This document shows positions 8,645-17,049 of a stretch of 64,000 bases of DNA, one piece after another. The DNA is from Opitutaceae bacterium (GTDB taxonomy: Bacteria > Verrucomicrobiota > Verrucomicrobiia > Opitutales > Coraliomargaritaceae), in NCBI GenBank assembly GCA_051252175.1, contig JBPOFZ010000027.1, positions 1,238 through 65,237 on the forward strand, in the 5' to 3' direction. The translations under genes and the position numbers were made by a program. Within the stretch, counting starts at the first letter, position 1. Every line of letters begins with the position of its first letter. A model generated the notes under the pieces. The model was given only the letters and a program-made list of their open reading frames with translations, was not told the origin of the DNA and searched no databases.

Positions 8645-9829
8645 ATGAGCTCGAGTGAGAAGTTCCAGAACATATCGGCAGCAGGACAATTATTTGGGTA
8701 TACGCTCCAGTTTCCTCGCGCTTTATGCCGATTGATTCAAATAGGGCCGGGTGGCGCTGTTGGCATTGAAGTTATGGGAGACGTCAGTGCTCATCAGGAA
8801 AATGGGGCAGTAATTAGTGAAGAAGATAAGTCGTCAATAAATGGAAACCCTCTGACGAACCGATCTAAAGACCTCTGGAAGACTTTTTATAATTGGATAC
8901 AACAAGTTACGGCTGGAACCTTAGACATCGAAAAAACCGATTTTGTATTATATACTAATCAGTCTGGCCGGAGAGCTTTAGTAAATTTGTTTAATGATTC
9001 AGAGTCTGAAAGCGATTCAGTTAGAGCGATTGAAGAGGCATCAAATCAGCTCTCGGATATTAGTGAAGACCATGAAATATGGAATTATTTTAATTTTATA
9101 GTTAATGAAAATACGGATTTATTTAAGCAAGTAATCATGCGATTTTCATTAATCGTTGGTCCCGACAACGCATATGATGACGTTCGCACTCAAGTTAGGG
9201 GACTAATGATCAGTCACGAACGTGATGTAGACTTGGTTTCTAGTGTTATGAACTCATGGTTTCAAGAGAGTATTTTGAAACTTATATTTGCTAAAGAGCC
9301 TGCAATTATCAGGCATGAAGATTGTAGAGTGAAATTCTCCGTCTTACTTGGGGAGATCAGGAGGCGTGACCTTGTTGACTTTGCCGCATCTGAAATGTCA
9401 ATTGAGGGCAAGTTGAATAAATCTCTTGCCCTACGTCCAACATTCGTAGTGCAACTAGATATTATCGATGCGTCTGATGATCAAAAACTGGAGGCGTTTG
9501 CAGATTATTTGAAAGCTGATTACAACCGCCAGCGTTGGATTGAAAATGAAACCATAAACGAGGACATCGCCGATGACTTTGAAAGACGCCTGAAGACTTA
9601 TTGGAGTGCTCAGACGCGCAAAGTAGAAATCCTAAATCGAGACCTAGATGATAAGTTAAAGGGAGAATTACTTCTAAATGATTGTATAACTCGACAAGAA
9701 TTAATTCGAGACATATCGCCTCCAGACCGAACAATTGCAGGGACATATCACGCCATAGCGAATCGGAAGGACATCGGCTGGCATCCTAACTGGAAGAATT
9801 TGTTAGCGAAGGATAGCAAAGATGAATAG
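8645..9829 (+). CDS. Lamassu/ABC-3C effector component (LmuA/DdmA-like) with an N-terminal Cap4/DUF4297-type PD-(D/E)xK nuclease motif set
   Basis: The ORF track starts at GTG 8618. I prefer ATG 8645, which has AAGGTGA 5-6 nt upstream. N-terminus GQLFGYTLQ...IEVMGDV...ISEEDKSS fits the G-F-x-Y-Q / E-x-x-D / E-x-K pattern of Cap4-type nucleases. It overlaps the next gene by 8 nt (ATGAATAG). Visibly AT-rich. Confidence 0.6.
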   Translation: MSSSEKFQNISAAGQLFGYTLQFPRALCRLIQIGPGGAVGIEVMGDVSAHQENGAVISEEDKSSINGNPLTNRSKDLWKTFYNWIQQVTAGTLDIEKTDFVLYTNQSGRRALVNLFNDSESESDSVRAIEEASNQLSDISEDHEIWNYFNFIVNENTDLFKQVIMRFSLIVGPDNAYDDVRTQVRGLMISHERDVDLVSSVMNSWFQESILKLIFAKEPAIIRHEDCRVKFSVLLGEIRRRDLVDFAASEMSIEGKLNKSLALRPTFVVQLDIIDASDDQKLEAFADYLKADYNRQRWIENETINEDIADDFERRLKTYWSAQTRKVEILNRDLDDKLKGELLLNDCITRQELIRDISPPDRTIAGTYHAIANRKDIGWHPNWKNLLAKDSKDE

Positions 9830-10325
9830 TTTAAGTGATGAAGTTCGGCTTTGGAATACCCCAGCATTCGGTGCATATCTAGTTTGGAAATTCACGTCTG
9901 GCTACAGTGAACATCATGCGACAGGAGAAGGACCTGTTGCGTTATTACATTTCATTGCGACCGCGATTCTAACAAGCCCGATGTTGGCTGAACCGATTAG
10001 CAACAGGCGGAAGAGCTTAGAGTCATATGTCCGCAGTTTTCATCAGAACGAGCAAACTGACTTGCTCTATGGGGTACATGCACGAATCAAAGAACGTCGT
10101 CTGTATACGATGGCATCAATAGATATCGCTGTCGCAAATGGCCTGTTGGTTTGGGATGCGGAAACTGGAAAGCTTTACTCAAAGGATTTATCCAAGCGCC
10201 CGAGTCGTGGGTGTAAGCCTAAAGTAGAAATAATCAGAATTGGCGATAAAGCTGAAATATTAGGTGGGTGGCTTGCTTCTCACAAAATTGAAACGGTATC
10301 ACATCTACTTGGAGTTAAATTTTAA
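9822..10325 (+). CDS. Lamassu/ABC-3C middle component (LmuC/DdmB-like)
   Basis: 167 aa, sandwiched and translationally coupled on both sides (TAATG overlap with the ATPase gene). N-terminus LWNTPAFGAYLVWKFTSGY resembles 'three component ABC system middle component' proteins as I recall them. Confidence 0.5.
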   Translation: MNSLSDEVRLWNTPAFGAYLVWKFTSGYSEHHATGEGPVALLHFIATAILTSPMLAEPISNRRKSLESYVRSFHQNEQTDLLYGVHARIKERRLYTMASIDIAVANGLLVWDAETGKLYSKDLSKRPSRGCKPKVEIIRIGDKAEILGGWLASHKIETVSHLLGVKF

Positions 10326-12313
10326 TGAATTTTCAAATACTAAAGCTCATAATCTGGCCGAAAAATTCAGCTTTCCCACCGCGTGTGGTTGAATTTAAAC
10401 TTGGGGTTCTTAATGTGATCACTGGAGCTTCCAGAACTGGCAAATCAGCGATTATTCCAATTATAGACTATTGCTTAGCTTCTTCGGATTGTAACATCCC
10501 AATTGATACAATTAGAGACCATGCTTCATGGTATGGTGTTGTTGCAAAAACCGATGTGGGGGAAATTTTGTTCGCACGTGAAGTTCCGGATGGGAGAAAA
10601 GTATCAAATAATCATCTACTAGACATCAGTGAGAAGATAAGTATCCCTCCAATCATTGAAGAGCCGCAACAGACAACGGAAGATGTTAAATCGTACCTAA
10701 ATACCTTAGCGAAAACACCGAACTTCAAACTCAACGAAGAAGACCAAGGCTACGTCGGGCGATTAAGCTTCAGAGACTTGGTGGCGCTATCTTTCCAAAG
10801 TCAAGATATCGTAGCAAACCAGAATATACTTTTTTATAAAGCACATGCCCATGAACATCGTGAACGTTTAAGGAATTGGTTTCCTTATATTTTGGGCGCA
10901 GAGACCCTTACTACATTGAAGGCCAGAAACCAATTGAAGTCGATTGAGTCAGAGTTAAAAAAGTTACATCGGGAGTTTTCAGCCGCGAAAGAAATCTCTG
11001 AATCTTGGTTAGCGAACATCCGAGGTCACCTTCAAGTTGCTGATGAATATGGATTATTAGGCGAGCCAATACCCAAAGATGCTGAGATCTCAACGCTTTT
11101 ACACTTGGCAAAAAGTGTCGTCGATGAAATACCTCAAACACCATCAGTTGAAGTCAGTAATATATCTAGATCTAACATTGAACTTGCGTCATTATCTAAC
11201 CAAGAAGAAGAACTTAGTATTCGAATCGGCGAGCTAAAGAAACGCCTATCAGATCTCGATCGCCTAAAAGATAGTTTCGGAGAGTATGGAGGCGCAGTTC
11301 GCAAGCGAGTTGATAGACTTCACATTTCAGAATGGTTAATTGATCTCTCTAATAATTCTAGTGATTGTCCGTTTTGCGGAGGAGAAACGCATCCTAATTC
11401 AAAAGCTGAAATAGAGAAAATCAACGCGGCTTTTAAGGAAAATGAAGCAAAAGTGTCTTCGTTGGAAAATGTGGCACCAACTCTTGATAAAGAAGAGATT
11501 GAGCTCCGCACTGAGTTGGAGTTGACATTAGAGCGTCGCAAAGTAATAGCAGGGCGTTTCGATGTTGTCCGGTCAAATGATAGTGATGCTCAAAAAAAAT
11601 ACTATCGCCAAAAAGAAATGCATATTTTCCTGGGGCATCTGACAGCATCTCTAGAAATGGTGGCTAAATTAACTGATGAAGGGGAATTAGCAGAAAAGAT
11701 TACCCAATTAGAGGAAGAGGCTAAATTATTACGTATTGAATTGAGCGCTGAAAAAGTGGGAAAGGCACTAGAGAGTTCCATTAGAAAGATATCCCAACTC
11801 ACACTTGACAGGTTGAAGACTCTTGATGTTGAACAAAAATACAACTCGGTAGCGCCTCGTTTCTCAATAAAGGAGTTAGGTATCTTTGTTTTAAGTGATG
11901 ATGGTGATTGGCATCTGCTCGCTGAGGTTGGAAGCGCATCCAATTGGGTGTCATTTCACATCGCATTTATTTGTGCGATGCAAGAATATCTATTGAGTCG
12001 AAAGGAGTCTGTTACTCCAACTTTTGCTATCTTCGATCAGCCTAGTCAGGTCTATTTCCCTCGCTCTGCAACTCAAGGAGAGTTAACAACAGGCGATACT
12101 GAGCTTCATAAAGATGAAGATAAGGACGCAGTCCGAAAAATTTTCCGAACACTCGCAGATTCAGTACAATCTAGTGAAGGAGAATGGCAGGCGATTGTCC
12201 TCGATCATGCAGCCCAAGATATTTACGGACATATCGACGGTGTGCACGAAGTAGAAGAGTGGCGTGGATCAAATAAATTGATCCCTTCCGAGTGGATCAA
12301 TGCCACAAAGTAG
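10325..12313 (+). CDS. DUF3732-type SMC/Rad50-like ABC ATPase (LmuB/DdmC-like)
   Basis: Walker A GASRTGKS (aa 34-41, nt 10424-10447). A long E/K/L-rich predicted coiled coil with CPFC at aa 348-351 (nt 11366-11377), near mid-protein like a zinc hook. C-terminal GSASNW signature-like motif, Walker B FAIFDQPSQ (nt 12023-12049) and VLDHA. Confidence 0.75.
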   Translation: MNFQILKLIIWPKNSAFPPRVVEFKLGVLNVITGASRTGKSAIIPIIDYCLASSDCNIPIDTIRDHASWYGVVAKTDVGEILFAREVPDGRKVSNNHLLDISEKISIPPIIEEPQQTTEDVKSYLNTLAKTPNFKLNEEDQGYVGRLSFRDLVALSFQSQDIVANQNILFYKAHAHEHRERLRNWFPYILGAETLTTLKARNQLKSIESELKKLHREFSAAKEISESWLANIRGHLQVADEYGLLGEPIPKDAEISTLLHLAKSVVDEIPQTPSVEVSNISRSNIELASLSNQEEELSIRIGELKKRLSDLDRLKDSFGEYGGAVRKRVDRLHISEWLIDLSNNSSDCPFCGGETHPNSKAEIEKINAAFKENEAKVSSLENVAPTLDKEEIELRTELELTLERRKVIAGRFDVVRSNDSDAQKKYYRQKEMHIFLGHLTASLEMVAKLTDEGELAEKITQLEEEAKLLRIELSAEKVGKALESSIRKISQLTLDRLKTLDVEQKYNSVAPRFSIKELGIFVLSDDGDWHLLAEVGSASNWVSFHIAFICAMQEYLLSRKESVTPTFAIFDQPSQVYFPRSATQGELTTGDTELHKDEDKDAVRKIFRTLADSVQSSEGEWQAIVLDHAAQDIYGHIDGVHEVEEWRGSNKLIPSEWINATK

Positions 12314-12321
12314 GAGCTAAG

Positions 12322-12390
12322 AGAAGATCCAAATGGGGTGAAGATCCAAATGGGGTCGAAGATCCAAATGGGAAGATCCAAATGGGGTCG
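12322..12390. repeat. four imperfect tandem copies of about 17 nt (GAAGATCCAAATGGGGT)
   Basis: AGATCCAAATGGG starts at 12325, 12342, 12360 and 12374 (spacings 17, 18 and 14 nt). The array begins 9 nt after the ATPase stop codon. Confidence 0.9.
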
Positions 12391-12883
12391 AACGCAAAAT
12401 TTAAAGATTATGTCATATCCACTGGGTTGCGATGCAGTGGGGATGTGCCATTTACAGGTGTCCTGCGATTCATGGATTATTAGTTGGAGCACAAATGGGG
12501 GCGCATCATAACCAACTTATGGTTAGAGTAAAGCGTATCAGACCTCGCTATGGTTCAGATCCATGGAGAGCAAAACGGGGTCAAAACATTTAATTTAAAT
12601 GATTACTTATTGCTGATCAGGGTATGACACAAAGACATAGGTAACAGTTAAGACGAGGACATCGGCAACACATAAATGACACCTATGCCATGGACAAAAA
12701 CTTGGAAGACCAAAGATGAGTATTGCTAGGAAGAATTGTCTAGCTTGGGGTCCCTTACAGACGAGAGGGCAAAAGATAACATCCGAGGGTGAGTTATGCT
12801 TGCTATGCTAAACGCGGAAACTAGAAAAACGAATATGTCAATTAATTGCCCTAGAACCGGAGTTGAGCTAGAGAAAGTCAGCA

Positions 12884-12949
12884 GGGCTAAAAAGGGGCCA
12901 TTTCGTAAAGGGCTAAAAAGAAGGGCTAAAAAGGGGTCATTTCGTAAAA
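12884..12949. repeat. direct repeat GGGCTAAAAAGGGGYCATTTCGTAAA (two full copies plus one partial)
   Basis: Full copies at 12884-12909 and 12923-12948. A partial GGGCTAAAAAG lies at 12910-12920. The copy-to-copy offset is 39 nt. Confidence 0.9.
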
Positions 12950-13091
12950 TCATAAAAATATGATTGCGTCGTATTGCTTCTTTAATCGATTCAAAGGATG
13001 GCGGGTAGTTTACGAGTCGAGTGTAGTGGTGGGGGCTACAGATAGGGTCAAACTAGGTGAGACCAAAGAGTATCAAAGTTTTATTTATGTT

Positions 13092-13136
13092 TTTACGAAA
13101 TGGTCCCCTTATTGGTCCCTGACCCGTTTTTCAGCC
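13092..13136. repeat. inverted copy of the 12884 repeat, interrupted
   Basis: TTTACGAAATGGTCCCCTT (13092-13110) is the reverse complement of AAGGGGACCATTTCGTAAA. After a 16-nt insertion, TTTTTCAGCC resembles the complement of GGCTAAAAA. Confidence 0.7.
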
Positions 13137-13431
13137 AGTTTAGATGGGCATAGCGAGTATTTGACGGCCGCGGGCTGAAGCCACCGCGCTACGGGATACA
13201 ACTGCTGAAGTTCGTGCCATTCGGGGCAGAGTATCTCAATTGATCCCCATCGGTTTTCGTTCCACGGTCTGAAATCGACCAAAAAATGTCTTGGCATCTA
13301 CTTTAGCATTTAATTATCATATCTAATGAGTCATATTACACCAGCAAATCTCGTTGGTGCGTGCTGGCTAGATCTCAGCTCACGTATGCTGCTCTTTGCC
13401 TACAAGAATCAATCCTAACCCTTGATCAGCC

Positions 13432-15459
13432 ATGGAAAGAATCCCGAGAATTCCGACTCCTTGCACATTTGCTGCATCCATTTTATTTGCTCTGGGTAGT
13501 GGGTTACACGCTCAACTAGCTGTTCTTAACGATACTGCAAGCACCGCCTTTGAGACTCCGATTCAGATCGATGTCTTGTCGAACGATACCAATGTCTACT
13601 CAGGCATCCTTTCACTCAGTATTCCGCCCTCCATGGAGGGCACGATCGCTGTCACCAGCGACCTAGAGGTATTGTTCACTCCGGCCTCAGGATTTATTGG
13701 CCCTAGCCAGTTCAGCTACACTGCTGTGGACAGCGGGCCACTTCAACGGATCAGCAACCCAGAAAGCTCCCCGAATTTCGATCGTTTCGGCGACATCGTC
13801 GACATTGATGGCGATTTCGCGGTGGTGGGCGTTCCGAGAGATGACTCGGCTGATGTCAACGCAGGTGCGGTATATGTGTATGAAAAGCAGCCCAACGGAA
13901 CATGGCAATTCGCCCAGCGGTTGGACGCGGGGATCGGTGCGGATCAACAGGATGAGCTTGGATTCTCGGTCGCCATCTCCGCGGATCCGGAAAATGATTT
14001 CTACTTAATTGCAGCGGGTGCGCCTGGTGACGATGACAACGGCTCTGCTTCGGGTGCTGTCTATCTTTTCGGTCGTGGTCAGAATGGTATTTGGACACAG
14101 ACTGCAAAACTGAAAGACGACTCCGCTCCACTTACCGGCACAAATTCTGATCGCTTTGGCGAGGCCGTGGATGTGCGCGGACCGCGTGTCGTCGTGGGTG
14201 CGCCCGGAACCGATCGAGACAGCTTGTTGAATGTGGGATCCGTGTATATTTTCCAAGATGTAGGCGGTTTTTGGGCTGAAATCCAAGAGATTTCCGGCTC
14301 GGCGGCAGGAGCTTCCCCATCTGACGCCAACGCAAATTTCGGGCAAGCGGTGGCACTGGCTGGCGATGCAGCTATCGCGATAGGGGCTCCACTTGAAAAC
14401 GCGGATGGCGTGTCTAACAATGGCGCAGTTTATATCGTCCAAGAAGCGGCCGGATCCTGGCAAATTTTCCAGAAAGTCTCCCGTGGCTCCACAGCCGGTG
14501 GAAATGATGGTTATGGCACATCCCTTGCCATAACAGACAACTATCTGTTCGTTGGCGCACCCATGGAAGATACAGACCCCCAGGGATTCAATGACGATGG
14601 AATCGTTTATATCTACGAACGTTCCGGGCAGTTGAATCTGAATTTCCTGACCACACTTAGCCGCCCCTTTGCAGAAGGCGGATACTTTGGGGATAGTATT
14701 TCGGTGGATGATGAAGACTTAGTCCTGGCAGTAGGTGTTCCTCGTACTGATGATGACTCAGTAGGATCCGGAGGGGTAGATGTCTATCAGTTTCAAAACG
14801 ACACCTGGGTTCCGCTACTTAACCTCCATCCAAATTTGGGTTCACAGTCTTCAAGCGATCGATTTGGCCAATCAGTCGGATATAGCGACGGTAACATCAT
14901 TGTTGGTGCGCCGCAGGACAGTGAGTTTGGCATCGATGTAGGCAGTATTTATTTCGGTGAGCCGATGGCTTCCACTGCGAGTGCATTGGTTACGGTAACC
15001 GTCGATGCCCCGCCATTTCCAACTTTTGAGCAATACCTGCAAATCTTCTACTCGGGGCAAACTGCCCCGGATACCGTCGGCTCTGAGGGCGATCCCGATA
15101 AGGACGGGAACAAGAACCTCCTGGAGTATGCCCTCGGGAAATGCGACCCCGCCAATCCAGCGCTCGCCGTCGCAATGGATCCTTCTGTCCCGGATCAAAT
15201 CTTCCAAGACTTCCGGATCGTCAACGGAGACACGCTTGAGTTTAGCGTAAAAATGCGCGACCCGGCATTATACCCGGATCTATCAGTGATGGTCGAGGTC
15301 TCCCGCGACTTAGTCTCATCGGGGTTTAGTAGCGCAGGCGTTTCCGTTTCATCCAGCACGCCTGCGGGAAATGGCTTCATTCTGAGAACTTTCAGCGTCC
15401 CCGCCCCGAACCTCAGTTCGCAGCCACTATTCGCGCGGGTCACAGTTACTTTAAACTGA
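13432..15459 (+). CDS. secreted FG-GAP (integrin-alpha-like) repeat protein with an N-terminal cadherin/Ig-like domain
   Basis: Signal peptide. VLNDTASTAFETPIQIDVLSNDTN resembles a cadherin-like domain. There are multiple RFG..V.i.GD..vVGAP.dD...GAVYvF repeats. Confidence 0.7.
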   Translation: MERIPRIPTPCTFAASILFALGSGLHAQLAVLNDTASTAFETPIQIDVLSNDTNVYSGILSLSIPPSMEGTIAVTSDLEVLFTPASGFIGPSQFSYTAVDSGPLQRISNPESSPNFDRFGDIVDIDGDFAVVGVPRDDSADVNAGAVYVYEKQPNGTWQFAQRLDAGIGADQQDELGFSVAISADPENDFYLIAAGAPGDDDNGSASGAVYLFGRGQNGIWTQTAKLKDDSAPLTGTNSDRFGEAVDVRGPRVVVGAPGTDRDSLLNVGSVYIFQDVGGFWAEIQEISGSAAGASPSDANANFGQAVALAGDAAIAIGAPLENADGVSNNGAVYIVQEAAGSWQIFQKVSRGSTAGGNDGYGTSLAITDNYLFVGAPMEDTDPQGFNDDGIVYIYERSGQLNLNFLTTLSRPFAEGGYFGDSISVDDEDLVLAVGVPRTDDDSVGSGGVDVYQFQNDTWVPLLNLHPNLGSQSSSDRFGQSVGYSDGNIIVGAPQDSEFGIDVGSIYFGEPMASTASALVTVTVDAPPFPTFEQYLQIFYSGQTAPDTVGSEGDPDKDGNKNLLEYALGKCDPANPALAVAMDPSVPDQIFQDFRIVNGDTLEFSVKMRDPALYPDLSVMVEVSRDLVSSGFSSAGVSVSSSTPAGNGFILRTFSVPAPNLSSQPLFARVTVTLN

Positions 15460-15749
15460 AGTTCTGGAGCTAAAAATTAATAAACCTGAGTGTTTATGCG
15501 GGTTCGGTTGGTTTTCTGCTATTTCCTGAATCCGTGAGATAATTGCATCTGTAAAACGGTAGGCTCGTTTTTCATTCGTGATCCGCGATTTTCAAGGCAT
15601 TGGCTTTCAGGATCGACGATGGTTGAGGCATCCGTTCAAGCGCTGCATAGAATAACTGCCTATATTGGCGTTTTTTGAGAGTTGGATGCACACTCACCGA
15701 GCTCGCCGTTGGCGAGACGCTCGAGCGCACCGCAATCGTGGAGCGTTCG

Positions 15750-16065
15750 TTAGATCGGGCGTAATTGGGATCGGGCGATGTCTTCGATCACATCGAAGCA
15801 CGGGCAGGTATTGCCGAAGTGCAGCTTGATCGTTCTGGCGTGGCGGATCACGCGCACCGCACAGTAGACGATATTTTGTAGAACCGTTTTCAAACGCCAG
15901 AGGCTCACCTTGATTTTGACAGGAGCCAGATGTGCGCGGGCGATTACTTCCTGTCCGAGTGTGCGTAGCAAGTTGAAGGCGAGCATGCCGCAGAGTAGCA
16001 CGATTTTGTTGACGCGGAGTTTACCGCAGGGGAGTTGCTCAATGTTCAGATCACTCTTAAGCAGG
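15750..16065 (-). pseudogene. C-terminal remnant of an IS1380-family transposase
   Basis: The frame is open only from about 16065. It reads ...CGKLRVNKIVLLCGMLAFNLLRTLGQ...LWRLKTVLQNIVYCAVRVIRHARTIKLHFG, the typical IS1380 C-terminus. About 330 N-terminal residues (the DDE core) are missing and no terminal inverted repeats were seen. Confidence 0.55.
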
Positions 16066-16301
16066 GGTCAGAGTATCAAGATAAAAAGTGGTATTTCTTT
16101 ATGCCTAGCAAATTGCGTAAGCTCCGCACCCCCTGCACAACTATTGTATTTCTAGGCAACAGAACCAAATCCCGCTCAGCGGGACTGTGTAGTGCCCTTC
16201 GATAAGCTCAGGATCTCTGACCAGCTCACCAGCCTACATCGCCCTTGTATGCGCTTCGTGACTATTCGTGCAGATTCGTGGGTCAGCTCATCTATTCAGG
16301 T

Positions 16302-16811
16302 TCAAGGGCAATCCGGGTCCTTCTCCTCGAACAGTCCTGCTTCACAGGAAAAGACAAAGGTCTCACCGATTGATTTCAAGGTTTCCCATGCTTCGCGAAT
16401 ACGCTCCGCCTCAGTGCCATCGATCTGTTGATCATTCGAATAGCTCTGCGAAACCACTTCCAATAAATCCGAAAACTCTTTGAGTATCTTCTGGGTAGAA
16501 TTAAAGACCTCCGAGCCGATGCTGCCGACTTGCTCTGGTTTCTTTACGAAAAAACCGTCTGCTTTCTCGCAGATCCAATTGATCACACGAGGATCACCCG
16601 TTGACTCGTAGACCTGCAACAAACGATCTAGTGGATTGTCAGCACCGCTATCTTCTACTCGCTGATTTGCCTGACACCATTTGTAGACCAACGAAGTCGA
16701 TAAATTCAAATCCCCGGCGACCTGCTTCACGCCCACATGCCCGATCGCATTCTTTAAAACCTCATGTGATTCCATCCGAAAAGCAGTAAAATCATCCACT
16801 GGGCTTGTCAC
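16302..16811 (-). CDS. HTH regulator resembling the phage CII-like regulatory family
   Basis: VKQVAGDLNLSTSLVYKWCQ...SGADNPLDRLLQVYESTGDPRVINWICEKADGFFV matches my recollection of 'phage regulatory CII family protein' sequences. No phage structural genes lie nearby. Confidence 0.4.
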   Translation of the reverse strand: MTSPVDDFTAFRMESHEVLKNAIGHVGVKQVAGDLNLSTSLVYKWCQANQRVEDSGADNPLDRLLQVYESTGDPRVINWICEKADGFFVKKPEQVGSIGSEVFNSTQKILKEFSDLLEVVSQSYSNDQQIDGTEAERIREAWETLKSIGETFVFSCEAGLFEEKDPDCP

Positions 16812-17049
16812 GTATTTTCGCGAGCACGCAACGCAACTGCGAGGTTCTCGCGACTTGCGATACCGCCGCGTGCCCTGTTTTGTGATTTTGAAAGGCTAGA
16901 AAATCGCTTGCCCAACACGGATCCGTAGACCAACAAGCACCCCACGATGGAGTCTCCCGCGGAGGCGCGAAGCAATCTTGCTGCACGCTTCGTCATCGCA
17001 GTCTGATGATCGAAACGGCTTCGGCAATACACTCCACTTTGATAGCTGT

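Noticed and set aside
12322-12390. CRISPR array hypothesis for the tandem repeats here and at 62111-62187.
   Set aside because: The units are 7-18 nt and directly abut each other with no unique spacers. No cas genes are in the window.
12223-12492. ORFs 12223-12492 (minus strand) and 12292-12483 (plus strand) spanning the 17-nt tandem repeats.
   Set aside because: Both begin inside the ATPase gene and owe their length to the repeats (DPIWIF / EDPNG peptides). There is no independent start context or motif.
13109-13297. 62-aa minus-strand ORF (MPRHFLVDFRPWNENRWGSIEILCPEWHELQQL...) considered as an integrase or transposase stump marking the island's right end.
   Set aside because: I cannot match it to any recombinase or transposase motif. 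It is kept only as part of the ORF-poor tract finding.
16792-17032. ORFs 16792-16986 and 16808-17032 upstream of the CII-like gene, and the idea of a prophage here.
   Set aside because: There is no recognisable sequence, they overlap each other, and there are no capsid, tail, terminase or integrase genes anywhere nearby.
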